From contig JBBDTI010000075.1 of the NCBI GenBank assembly GCA_040904565.1, positions 138,508 to 202,507 on the forward strand: a stretch of 64,000 nt of DNA. Reading direction: 5' to 3'. The translations under genes and the position numbers were made by a program. The notes below the pieces were generated by a model that was not told the origin of the DNA, did no database searches, and saw nothing but the letters and a program-made list of their open reading frames with translations. Of this stretch, positions 51,230-62,779 are shown in pieces (the stretch's first letter is position 1; each line of letters begins with the position of its first letter). The DNA comes from Rhodothermales bacterium (GTDB lineage: Bacteria; Bacteroidota; Rhodothermia; Rhodothermales; VXPQ01).

Positions 51230-53173
51230 TCACAAATCCAGCTCGTCCACGTCGGCCGCGTGCGTCATGATGAAATCGAACCGAGCAGAGGAGTCTTTCC
51301 CCATCAAATCCGAAATGACGCGCTCTGTCTCGAGCCGCTCGTCGTCACCTATTTTGACCTGGAGCAGGATCCGTTTCTCCGGATCCAGCGTCGTCTCTTT
51401 GAGCGTCTTAGGCATCATCTCACCGAGCCCCTTGAACCGCTGAATGTCGACATTGACCTTCCGCTTGCCCTTGTTGATCTGTCGGATGATGCGGTCCTTG
51501 TCCGCATCGTCAATCGCCCAGTACGTCTCCTTACCCGCGTCGAGCCGGTAGAGCGGCGGCTGGGCGATATAGACGAATCCGTCGTCGATGAGTGGCCGCA
51601 TGTAGCGGTAAAGGAAGGTGAGAAGCAGCGTGGCGATGTGATGTCCGTCCGAGTCGGCATCCATCAGAAGGATCACCTTGTGATAGCGCAGGCGCGAGAG
51701 ATCCAGTTGATCGCCCAGGCCGCAGCCCAGCGCGTCCACCACATTGGATAGTTCCTTGTTCTCCTGCACCTTCTTGAGCGTCGCCTGCTCGGCGTTGAGC
51801 ACCTTCCCCCGGAGCGGAAGAATGGCCTGAAACATTCGATCGCGCCCCTGCTTGGCGGATCCTCCCGCCGAATCCCCCTCCACGATGAACAGCTCGCTGT
51901 TGACGGGATCGGTCGACGAGCAGTCGGCCAGCTTCCCGGGCAGATTCAGTCGGTGGCTGACGCTCGACTTCTTCCTTGCGGTCCGCGCCGCCGCACGGGA
52001 GGCATGGCGCGCTTTCGCCGCCTGAATGACCCTCGTCGCGATAGCCTCCCCCGTAGTAGGGTGCGCGTTGAGGAACTGCTCCAGCTCCAGGCGAATGGAC
52101 GAAACCACGAGCGACCGCGCCTCGGGGTTATTCAGCTTCTCCTTCGTCTGCCCCTGAAATTGCGGATCGATGACGAACAGGTTTACGATGGCGACGAGGC
52201 CTTCTCGTATGTCGTCCGCGGAGATGTCTACGCCTTTCGGCATCATATCGTGCGTTTCCATATACGATCGGACCGCACTGCGGACCGCGTCGCGGAAGCC
52301 CTGTTCGTGCGTACCGCCTTCGATCGTAGGAATGCCGTTAACGAAGGAGCGGACGTTCTCCCTGGGAGCTTCGGTCCACTGCAGGGCCACCTCGACGCGG
52401 GCGCCCTCCGCCAGCTCCTCCTGCCGCTCGAGGAACTGTTCCTGATGCACGGGCCGTTCTCCGAGGTCCTTTACGACGCGATCGAGATACTCCGCGATGC
52501 CGCCCTCGTGGTGGTATTCATGGCGTTCGCCCGTCGCCTCGTTCCGGAAGGTGATTCGCAGCGCGGCATTGAGGTACGTCTTGACCTCGAGATTTTCCTT
52601 GATGGATTCCGTATCGAACTGGACCGACTCGAAGATGTCGGCATCCGGGCGAAAGTAGATCGACGTCCCCGTCCCTCGAGAACTTGCATCAACTTTCTCC
52701 ACCTTCGTCATGGGCACGCCCCTTTCGTACCGCTGCCGCCAGGTCGCTCCCTCGCGCTTCACCGTCGCCACCATCTCTTCGGAGAGTGCGTTCACCACGG
52801 ATGCACCCACGCCGTGGAGTCCGCCCGACGTGATATAATTCGTCTGATCGAACTTGCCGCCGGCGTGGAGCGTGGTCAGGATGAGCTGAAGGGTCGACAC
52901 CTTTTTCGTCGGGTGTTTGTCGACCGGTATGCCCCGACCGTTGTCGGTTACGGTCACGGACCGGCCATCCTGATGCACGATCACCTCGATCTGAGAGGCA
53001 TAGCCGTTCGTGGCCTCATCCACGGCATTATCGACCACCTCCCAGAGCAGATGGTGCAGGCCCGGCTTGCCCGTCCCGCCGATGTACATTCCGGGACGCT
53101 TGCGCACGGGCTCCAGCCCCTCCAGGACCTGGATGTCCGCCCCCGTGTATCTTCGCGTAAGTACTTCAGCCAT
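51230..53173 (-). CDS. parE: Type IIA topoisomerase B subunit (probably Topo IV ParE)
   Basis: GHKL EVVDNAVDE, DNGRGIP, SGGLHGVG; Toprim EGDSAGG, PLRGKVLN, DADSDG; QRFKGLGEM. Confidence 0.85.
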   Translation of the reverse strand: MAEVLTRRYTGADIQVLEGLEPVRKRPGMYIGGTGKPGLHHLLWEVVDNAVDEATNGYASQIEVIVHQDGRSVTVTDNGRGIPVDKHPTKKVSTLQLILTTLHAGGKFDQTNYITSGGLHGVGASVVNALSEEMVATVKREGATWRQRYERGVPMTKVEKVDASSRGTGTSIYFRPDADIFESVQFDTESIKENLEVKTYLNAALRITFRNEATGERHEYHHEGGIAEYLDRVVKDLGERPVHQEQFLERQEELAEGARVEVALQWTEAPRENVRSFVNGIPTIEGGTHEQGFRDAVRSAVRSYMETHDMMPKGVDISADDIREGLVAIVNLFVIDPQFQGQTKEKLNNPEARSLVVSSIRLELEQFLNAHPTTGEAIATRVIQAAKARHASRAAARTARKKSSVSHRLNLPGKLADCSSTDPVNSELFIVEGDSAGGSAKQGRDRMFQAILPLRGKVLNAEQATLKKVQENKELSNVVDALGCGLGDQLDLSRLRYHKVILLMDADSDGHHIATLLLTFLYRYMRPLIDDGFVYIAQPPLYRLDAGKETYWAIDDADKDRIIRQINKGKRKVNVDIQRFKGLGEMMPKTLKETTLDPEKRILLQVKIGDDERLETERVISDLMGKDSSARFDFIMTHAADVDELDL

Positions 53174-53213
53174 CCCGTTCTTTTCGTTCTCCTCTAGGTT
53201 CGTTCCCCATCCG

Positions 53214-55535
<2,322 letters not shown>

Positions 55536-55806
55536 CGTATACAGTATGACAACTTGGATCAGCGGCGGTGCCCTGTGGAGATGGCGTCTCCGCCGCCCTG
55601 GAATGTCGCATCGGAACCACCCGCGCTGCCCGACCCGCGGGGCTTCGTGCAGCCAACACCCATATCTCCAACACCCTATCTAATGCAATAACGGCGCTAG
55701 GAGAGGCCCGTGAGTACAGCAGCTGCTCCGGCGTTTCCGCGCGGCGCCCCTGTGGCATCCTGGCAGTGTCGGCAGCAGTCCCAACGAAATCGATTGGGAT
55801 CGCCGC

Positions 55807-55833
55807 TCGCAATAACGGATCGCAATAACGGAT
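55807..55833. repeat. 13-bp tandem repeat TCGCAATAACGGA x2
   Basis: Read directly; a third core copy GCAATAACGG is at 55685-55694 in the same spacer. Confidence 0.8.
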
Positions 55834-55992
55834 TCCGGCTCCCGATAATGTACAAATTATCCTGCAGCAGTGACAGTAGTGCGTCATCGCCGGCGAACAA
55901 AAGGCCATCGGCCGACCCGAATCCCTTGTGACGGGTGTCGATGCGACGCCGGGATGCAGCGGCGACGCTGGCACGGTGCAGCCTGGATGCTT

Positions 55993-56640
55993 CTATGATT
56001 CGTAGGCCAGCGTGAAATAGTCGTGGCGGTGATCGGCATGCAATCGGAGCACGTTGGCGCGGGTCAGCAGCACGAGCGTGCTCGAAGCCCGGCCTCTGGA
56101 GATGTTGGCGATCCGGGCGAACTGCTTGACCGTGATCTTCCCGTATTTCTCGAGGTACCGCATGAGCATGAGCTCGTTGTCGCCGAATTCGAACGTTACG
56201 GCCGAGGCGTCCTCGTCCTTCATCAGCCGGATCGCTTCACGACTGGCTTCCACGCTTTTGTCGTTCACCCGTACGTAGGCACTGTGATCGGATCCATTTT
56301 TACGGGAGCGCAGATAGTGGGGCCTACTGGAACTTGCCGGCACATGCACGATCACGACGTCGCGGCGCCGCGCCACGGGCACCCGTTCCGCCGTAAATTC
56401 GAGCGGAGGTGAAACGTGAGCGTTGAGTGCCCGTCGAAGGGCGAATTCTTCTTCCTCGGCATCGCGGAGGCCGACGATCGTACCGTCGTCGTCGACGCCC
56501 AGGAGCAATCGCCCGCCCTTCGTATTAGCCAGGGCGATCATCTCCTTCGCAATTCGCTCCGGCTTCGGGACCTTGCGCTTAAATTCCAGATTGGCACCTT
56601 CGCCCAGGGAAACGAGCTGTGCCAGTTCTTGAAGCGTCAT
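55993..56640 (-). CDS. AlbA_2/Schlafen-domain protein with C-terminal winged HTH
   Basis: GEGANLEFK, IALANTKGGRLLLGVDDDG, AYVRV; YLEKYGKITVKQFARIANIS HTH. Confidence 0.85.
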   Translation of the reverse strand: MTLQELAQLVSLGEGANLEFKRKVPKPERIAKEMIALANTKGGRLLLGVDDDGTIVGLRDAEEEEFALRRALNAHVSPPLEFTAERVPVARRRDVVIVHVPASSSRPHYLRSRKNGSDHSAYVRVNDKSVEASREAIRLMKDEDASAVTFEFGDNELMLMRYLEKYGKITVKQFARIANISRGRASSTLVLLTRANVLRLHADHRHDYFTLAYES

Positions 56641-56700
56641 GACACTGTCCGGGTCTGTTCACCGCAAAACTAACGAAATGTCCTCCGGACAAAAAGGATC

Positions 56701-56709
56701 TGTGGATAA
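56701..56709 (-). promoter_or_regulatory. Single perfect DnaA box (TTATCCACA on the minus strand)
   Basis: TGTGGATAA in the gpsA-AlbA_2 spacer; only one copy, so function is uncertain. Confidence 0.35.
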
Positions 56710-56799
56710 CTCGGCTCATCATGGCTGGCAGTAACCCGTTATCCTACAGATAGTTACACACCGACGCGCCACGGGGCCCTTACTGCCTGGCGCTCCCCC

Positions 56800-57825
56800 T
56801 CAGGTCAGTACGTCCGGCAGCCAATCTTCCCGCTTCGGGGCGCGCGTCATGAGCTCATCCACGGCGATCTGCGGCTGCTTGCCGTCGAACAGGATTCCGT
56901 ACACCGCTTCCGTGATCGGCATCTCGATCCCGTATCGAACGGACAGCTGATGCACGGAGTCCGCCGTTCGAACACCTTCCGCCACCATGCTCATGTCACG
57001 TTCCACTTCTTCAAGCCGCTTCCCCCGTCCGATCAGCTCTCCGACGTGCCGGTTGCGGCTGTGGCGGCTCATACACGTAACGACCAGGTCACCGATGCCG
57101 GCGAGCCCGGAGAACGTGCTGCCTTCCGCACCCATCGCAAGTCCGAGCCGCTTCATTTCCGCGAGGCCGCGCGTGACGATGGCCGCCTTCGTGTTGTCAC
57201 CGTAGCCCAGTCCGTCCCCGATACCGGCACCGATGGCCATCACGTTCTTGACGGATCCTGCGATCTCCACGCCCAGCACGTCATGATTCATGTATACCCG
57301 CAATCGGGAGGTCGCGAACGTGCTCTGGATTTCGTGAACCGTATCGGTTGAGTAGGCGGCCGCGACGACCGTCGTGGGCTTTTCCTCCGCTACTTCCTCG
57401 GCGTGGCTGGGACCGGAGAGGACGCCGAGGTGCGCCATGGGCACGGTATCGAGGACGTCGTGGAGGACCCGCGTCGTCGTCAGCAGACTGTTGTTTTCTA
57501 TGCCCTTGGCCACCGATACGCAGAGAAGATCATCGGATGCATGCCCGCGCACGTTCTTCGCACAGTCCCTGATCGCATGTGACGGCGTGGCGAATACCCA
57601 CATGTCGCAACCGGTCACGGCATCTTCCATCACGGACGTGACGGACAGTTCGTCCGGAAGCTGCGCGCGCGGCAGATAGGTGGGGTTGCGGCGGTGTCGG
57701 CGCATGTGCTCCGCCGCCTCCGGTCGGCGAGCCCACAGCGTCACCTCATGGCCCGATTTCGCCAGCACGATAGCCAGCGCCGTACCCCAGCTGCCCGCAC
57801 CCAGCATTGCTATCCGCTTGGCCAC
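56800..57825 (-). CDS. gpsA: NAD(P)H-dependent glycerol-3-phosphate dehydrogenase
   Basis: GAGSWGTALA, VAKGIE, LSGPSHAEEV, GSVKNV, GIGDLVVTCMSRHSRN, VAEG. Confidence 0.96.
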   Translation of the reverse strand: MAKRIAMLGAGSWGTALAIVLAKSGHEVTLWARRPEAAEHMRRHRRNPTYLPRAQLPDELSVTSVMEDAVTGCDMWVFATPSHAIRDCAKNVRGHASDDLLCVSVAKGIENNSLLTTTRVLHDVLDTVPMAHLGVLSGPSHAEEVAEEKPTTVVAAAYSTDTVHEIQSTFATSRLRVYMNHDVLGVEIAGSVKNVMAIGAGIGDGLGYGDNTKAAIVTRGLAEMKRLGLAMGAEGSTFSGLAGIGDLVVTCMSRHSRNRHVGELIGRGKRLEEVERDMSMVAEGVRTADSVHQLSVRYGIEMPITEAVYGILFDGKQPQIAVDELMTRAPKREDWLPDVLT

Positions 57826-57900
57826 GTCGGTTCTGTATCTCTGAATACGGACGAAGAGAAAACGAGCCGGGCGCCTGCCGGCGCCGGCACCGCCTGCGCG

Positions 57901-58584
57901 CTAGAGATCGCCCCTGCCTCGCAGTCCGCGAGCCGGGCGAAACGAGCTAATTCGACTCTCGGTGCCCGTCAACAAGCGGCGGATGTTCGATCGATGGGCG
58001 TAAAGGATGCCGAGCGCCATAAGCCCGCTGAAAATGAGCAGGCTCGGATCCAGGGCGTCGATGCCGAAGACGTAGCGGCGAATGGCGAGCGCGGAAGGAA
58101 ACGCCACAACGGCCGAAATGGACGCCAAGGATACGTATCGCGAGGTGAGAAGCACGACGACGAATACGGCGAGGGTGATCCACATCGTGATGGGCGTAAG
58201 CGCGAAGAGCACGCCGCCCGCCGTATTGACGCCCTTACCTCCCCGGAATCCGGCCCATACCGGATACATGTGCCCCACGACGGCGGCCAGGCCGGCCAGC
58301 AGCCGTACGACGGTCCCCATCTGCCAGACCTCGATGCCAACCGGAAGCGCATCGAGGCGGAGCGACGCCACGACGCCGGCCGCGAAAAGGCCTTTTCCGA
58401 GATCTACGACCGTCGCCAGCACGCCGGCCTTCCACCCGAATACGCGGAAAACATTCGTCGCCCCCGCATTACCGCTGCCGTACGCGCGAACGTCGTCGCC
58501 GTAGAGCAGCTTACCAACCCAGACGCTGCCCGGTATCGAACCGACCAGGTAGCTGAGAATCAGTATGACGATCAAAGATAGCAT
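57901..58584 (-). CDS. plsY: Glycerol-3-phosphate acyltransferase
   Basis: SYLVGSIP, GSGNAGATN, DLGKG, GHMYP...FRGGKGV, HRSNIRRL. Confidence 0.96.
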   Translation of the reverse strand: MLSLIVILILSYLVGSIPGSVWVGKLLYGDDVRAYGSGNAGATNVFRVFGWKAGVLATVVDLGKGLFAAGVVASLRLDALPVGIEVWQMGTVVRLLAGLAAVVGHMYPVWAGFRGGKGVNTAGGVLFALTPITMWITLAVFVVVLLTSRYVSLASISAVVAFPSALAIRRYVFGIDALDPSLLIFSGLMALGILYAHRSNIRRLLTGTESRISSFRPARGLRGRGDL

Positions 58585-58727
58585 CTGGCGCTACAAAATC
58601 CGAAAATGTGCTGGATACCCGGTTGACCCGGAGCGGTCGTCTGCACACGAGAGTTCTCCTGTGCGATCACTCCAAAAGATAGTACATAAACGTTTTTGAT
58701 ACCGGGTTTGGTTTCCTCAGGGGCGGA

Positions 58728-59735
58728 TTACCCGGTCGACGGGCGGATCGTACCGATCTCGAACGACGTCTCTCGCAGGTTCTCGAGCAGCGTCTGAACG
58801 CGAGAAAGGTCGGCCCCTGAGACGATCACGACGAGTCCGACGCCCAGGTTGAGCGTGCGCCTCAGGTCGTCCTCAGGCACGCCGCCCCGCTGCTGGATGA
58901 GATCGAAGATAGGCGGGCGCTGCCAGGCGTCGTAATCTACCTCGAACGTCAATCCGTCAGGAACGACGCGCGCCGTATTGCCCGGAATGCCGCCGCCCGT
59001 GACGTGCACGATGCCGCGCGCCAGCCCGGCCTCTACGAGTGCCCGGATCGGCTTGAGGTAGGATCGGTGGATGGCAAGCAGAACCTCGCCGACGCTCTTT
59101 CCTTCCAGCTCGTCCGGACGAGCGTCGACGTCGAAATGCTCGAACAATACCTTCCGAGCCAGCGAGTATCCGTTCGTATGCAGGCCGGACGACGGCAGGC
59201 CGAGCAGAACATCTCCTGACCGGATGGCCGATCCGTCCACAATCTTGTCCTTTTCGACGACGCCCACGACGGTTCCGGCCAGGTCGTATTCGCCCGGAGC
59301 GTAGATATCGGGCATCTCGGCCGTCTCACCACCGATCAACGCACAACCGTTCTCTTTACACGCCGTCGCAAAGCCTCTCACGACGTCCTCCGCGGCCCCC
59401 GGATCGAGCCGGCCCGTAGAGAAGTAATCGAGGAAGTACAGCGGCTCGGCACCGCACACGGCGATATCGTTGACGCAATGATTGACGAGATCCTGCCCGA
59501 CCGTGTCGTGCCGGTCCATCTTAAAGGCCACCTTGAGCTTCGTGCCGACGCCGTCGACGGACGAAACGAGGACCGGACGCTCGTAGCGAGCGACATCCAG
59601 CTCGAAAAACGCTCCAAAGGCGCCGATGTCCGTCAATACACCCGGCGTAAAGGTTTCGCGCACCAGGGGCTTGATGCGTCGAACGGTTTCTTCGCCGGCT
59701 TCGATATCGACGCCGGCGTCGCGGTACGTGGTCAT
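58728..59735 (-). CDS. purM: Phosphoribosylformylglycinamidine cyclo-ligase
   Basis: YRDAGVDI, DGVGTK, GGETAEMP, SSGLHTNGYSL, HVTGGG. Confidence 0.97.
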   Translation of the reverse strand: MTTYRDAGVDIEAGEETVRRIKPLVRETFTPGVLTDIGAFGAFFELDVARYERPVLVSSVDGVGTKLKVAFKMDRHDTVGQDLVNHCVNDIAVCGAEPLYFLDYFSTGRLDPGAAEDVVRGFATACKENGCALIGGETAEMPDIYAPGEYDLAGTVVGVVEKDKIVDGSAIRSGDVLLGLPSSGLHTNGYSLARKVLFEHFDVDARPDELEGKSVGEVLLAIHRSYLKPIRALVEAGLARGIVHVTGGGIPGNTARVVPDGLTFEVDYDAWQRPPIFDLIQQRGGVPEDDLRRTLNLGVGLVVIVSGADLSRVQTLLENLRETSFEIGTIRPSTG

Positions 59736-59812
59736 GGTCTATCTGAAGATCAGGTGGTTGAAATCGACGGCAACGTCTTCTCCGAGCACTCTTCTGAGGA
59801 TCAGGCCCCGCA

Positions 59813-60646
59813 TCAGGCGCGGAAGGTCGTGCGACCGAACCGGGCCTGAAACCGGACCTGAAGGCGGTAGCGCAGTGACAGTTCGATCGGCTCGGACCAG
59901 AGATCGAATTTCCGCCGTTGTATCTCGTTGAGAATTTCCAGACCGCCCAGCCACCATCTCTTCAAGGCGTTAGCCTGCCGAGACGGAACCTCGTTGGCAA
60001 GTTGTTCGCAGTGGGCAAACGCATTCTTTGCACGAATGGTCTGCTTCCAGAGCAACCGCTTCATGTTTTCGTCCACGCGTCCCGCGCGAAGTTGTTCGAG
60101 AGGTACCCCATGCTGCTCCAGATCGGCTAGAGGGATGAACAAGCGGTCCCGGGCGAGATCGTCTTTGAGCGTCATCAACCGCCCAACCCAGAAGAGTCCC
60201 GTCGCCATCTCGTCTGCGAATCTCAGCTGCCACGAGCCCGTTGCGCGCGCCAGGTGAGCCAGCGCACGCGCATGGGATCCGGCCCACTGCCTTACAAACG
60301 CCTTGACCTCACGCGAATCCGCGAAGCGCGCCGGACGAGAAAACGTCTCGGATGCCGCGACCTGCGCCGCCAGAAGTTCGATGGGTATGCGGCCCTCCGC
60401 ACAGCCGGCATAAGCGTCCTGGGCCACGTCGGAAGGCACCACCTTCAGCGCCTCCGCATCCAGCACCCTATCACGCTCCGCCGTGAAATATGCCGTGAGA
60501 TCGGAGCCGTCGAGCGATGGCGCATACGGATCGGTCAGGGCCAGATGGAAATGCCAGAGTGCACGGGCAATCGGTCGCTGCTGACGCGTCCATCCATCCC
60601 GGTAAAAAGGTTTCGGAAGTCCCTCTTCTTCTGTCGGCTCCCTCAC
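59813..60646 (-). CDS. Squalene/phytoene-synthase-fold protein lacking the catalytic Asp motifs
   Basis: KDDLARDRLFIPLADLEQHGV matches the CrtB/HpnC 'ED..GR.YLP...L...G' segment; EILNEIQRRKFD C-terminus; GTGA overlap with the aconitase stop. Confidence 0.7.
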   Translation of the reverse strand: MREPTEEEGLPKPFYRDGWTRQQRPIARALWHFHLALTDPYAPSLDGSDLTAYFTAERDRVLDAEALKVVPSDVAQDAYAGCAEGRIPIELLAAQVAASETFSRPARFADSREVKAFVRQWAGSHARALAHLARATGSWQLRFADEMATGLFWVGRLMTLKDDLARDRLFIPLADLEQHGVPLEQLRAGRVDENMKRLLWKQTIRAKNAFAHCEQLANEVPSRQANALKRWWLGGLEILNEIQRRKFDLWSEPIELSLRYRLQVRFQARFGRTTFRA

Positions 60647-62598
60647 GCGTCCTCCATCCTGCGCTTTACGACACCGATCAGACTCCCTTCCAGCACCATC
60701 TCCACCTCCCGGTTCGTCAAGTCATGCGTCATCTCGTAGCGTTCGTCCCTCGTTCGATTGTGGATCGATACCGAAGCGCCCGTCCGAAGCGCATCGCGCA
60801 GGCCCTCCGCGCCGAGTTCGTCGTCCTGCTCGATGCGATCGTAATCCGAGGGGTCGGCAAACATCAGCGGAAGTATACCAAAATTCGCAAGGTTCTGCCG
60901 GTGGATACGGGCGTAAGATTTGACCAGAACGGCGCGCAGGCCTAGATGTCTCGGTGCGAGCGCCGCATGCTCTCGGCTCGACCCCTGCCCGTAATTGGCC
61001 CCGCCGACGACGAAGAATCCCGACTCCCGATAGGGCTCCGTCCTTTCGTAAAACGTGTCGTCTACCTGCTCGAAGACGAACTTGCTGATCTCCGGAATGT
61101 TGCTCCGGTATGGAAGAATCCGTGAACCGGCAGGCATGATCTCATCCGTCGAAATGTCGTCCCCCACCTTGAGCAGCACGGGTCCGGCGAGCCGGTCCGG
61201 AAGCCCGTCGAATTCCGGCAGCGATACGACGTTGGGGCCCTTTTCGAGCGCAACGTCCGAGACATGCGAAGCCGGTTCGACGAGCTGATCGGTATTCACC
61301 TTGACCGTCTCCGGTTCGACGACCCGGGGATAGGTCATGTCGAAGAGAACCTCCAGATCGCGGGGATCCGTGATCGCGCCGGTCAGCGCCGAGGCGGCCG
61401 CCGTCTCCGGGCTGCAGAGATAGACGGCGTCTTCCTTCGTTCCGCTTCGACCCGGGAAATTGCGCGGCACGGTCCGCAGGCTGATCCGCCCGGTGGCCGG
61501 GGCCTGCCCCATACCGATGCAGCCGTTGCAGCCCGCCTGATGAATCCGCGCACCGGCCCGCGTCAGTTTCTGGAGCTCTCCGGCATCCATGAGCTGCTCG
61601 AGAATCTGCCGCGAGGTCGGATTGACATCGAACGAAACCCGGTCGTGCACCTGCCTGCCCGCTACGATACGCGCCGCCACGGCAAAATCACGGAATCCGG
61701 GGTTGGCGGACGAACCGACGTACGTTTGGTAGATTTCCTGACCTTCTACCTCGCGCACGGGAACGACGTTACCTGGACTGCTCGGCCTGGCGATCAGGGG
61801 AACGAGGTGGGAAAGGTCGATCTGCTCCTCGTCGTCATATCTCGCATCGTCGTCGGCCACGATCTCCGTCCAGTCCTGCTCGCGACCCTGCGCTTTAAGG
61901 AAGCGGCGCACGGCGTCATCCGACGGAAAGACGGTCGTCGTGGCTCCCAGCTCGGTGCCCATATTCGCGATCACGTGCCGGTCCATCGCAGAAAGGCTCC
62001 GCAGTCCCGGTCCGTAATACTCGATGATCCGTCCCACTCCCCCGTCCACGTCGTGACGGCGAAGCATTTCCAGTACCACGTCCTTGGCACTAACCCAGTC
62101 CGGCAGCTCCCCGGTAAGCCGCACCCCCCAGATCCCCGGCATGTCGATGTGATAGGGGTCGCCGGCCATCGCCAGCGCCACCTCGAGGCCCCCCGCGCCC
62201 ATGGCGAGCATGCCGATGGCGCCCGCCGCCGGTGTGTGACTGTCCGACCCGAGCAGCGTCTTGCCGGGCTTACCGAAGCGCTCCTGATGCACCGGGTGGC
62301 TGACGCCGTTTCCCGGTCGACTATACCAGACGCCGTATTTCCGGCAGGCGCTGCGCAGAAAAAGGTGATCGTCCGGATTTTTGAAATCCGTCTGCAGCAG
62401 ATTGTGGTCCACATACTGCGCCGACAGTTCGGTCTTAACCCGACGCAGCCCCATCGCCTCGAGCTCCAGCATGACCAGCGTGCCCGTAGCGTCCTGGGTC
62501 AGCGTTTGATCGATTTTAAGGGCAATCTGCTCGCCGGGAGTCATCTCACCTTCGATGAGGTGATCGGCTATTAATTTCTGCGCGACGTTCCTTCCCAT
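60643..62598 (-). CDS. Compact aconitate hydratase family protein
   Basis: TQDATG, YVDHN, GSDSHT, AGCNGCIG, RNFPGR, CSPETAAA, NYGQGSSREHAA, SYARIH. Confidence 0.9.
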   Translation of the reverse strand: MGRNVAQKLIADHLIEGEMTPGEQIALKIDQTLTQDATGTLVMLELEAMGLRRVKTELSAQYVDHNLLQTDFKNPDDHLFLRSACRKYGVWYSRPGNGVSHPVHQERFGKPGKTLLGSDSHTPAAGAIGMLAMGAGGLEVALAMAGDPYHIDMPGIWGVRLTGELPDWVSAKDVVLEMLRRHDVDGGVGRIIEYYGPGLRSLSAMDRHVIANMGTELGATTTVFPSDDAVRRFLKAQGREQDWTEIVADDDARYDDEEQIDLSHLVPLIARPSSPGNVVPVREVEGQEIYQTYVGSSANPGFRDFAVAARIVAGRQVHDRVSFDVNPTSRQILEQLMDAGELQKLTRAGARIHQAGCNGCIGMGQAPATGRISLRTVPRNFPGRSGTKEDAVYLCSPETAAASALTGAITDPRDLEVLFDMTYPRVVEPETVKVNTDQLVEPASHVSDVALEKGPNVVSLPEFDGLPDRLAGPVLLKVGDDISTDEIMPAGSRILPYRSNIPEISKFVFEQVDDTFYERTEPYRESGFFVVGGANYGQGSSREHAALAPRHLGLRAVLVKSYARIHRQNLANFGILPLMFADPSDYDRIEQDDELGAEGLRDALRTGASVSIHNRTRDERYEMTHDLTNREVEMVLEGSLIGVVKRRMEDA

Positions 62599-62779
62599 GG
62601 TTGGTCGCCGTTGTTGTTGTCCGTTTCGTACACTTATTCTGTTGCGTACTTAAAACCGTACACTAACAATGTACCGTGCTGCCCGGCGAATGATCGACGG
62701 AATCGACGCGTCGCCGCGGGCTTCACATTTTCGTCGCGTTTTTTTTCGACGCCTCCCACATCGCATCTATATCGTACCC

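Noticed and set aside
55650-55835. Short repeats as a possible CRISPR array
   Set aside because: The units are only 9-13 bp with irregular spacing and there are no cas genes.
56641-56799. Possible oriC
   Set aside because: Only one perfect DnaA box, no box cluster, no clear AT-rich unwinding element and no dnaA nearby.
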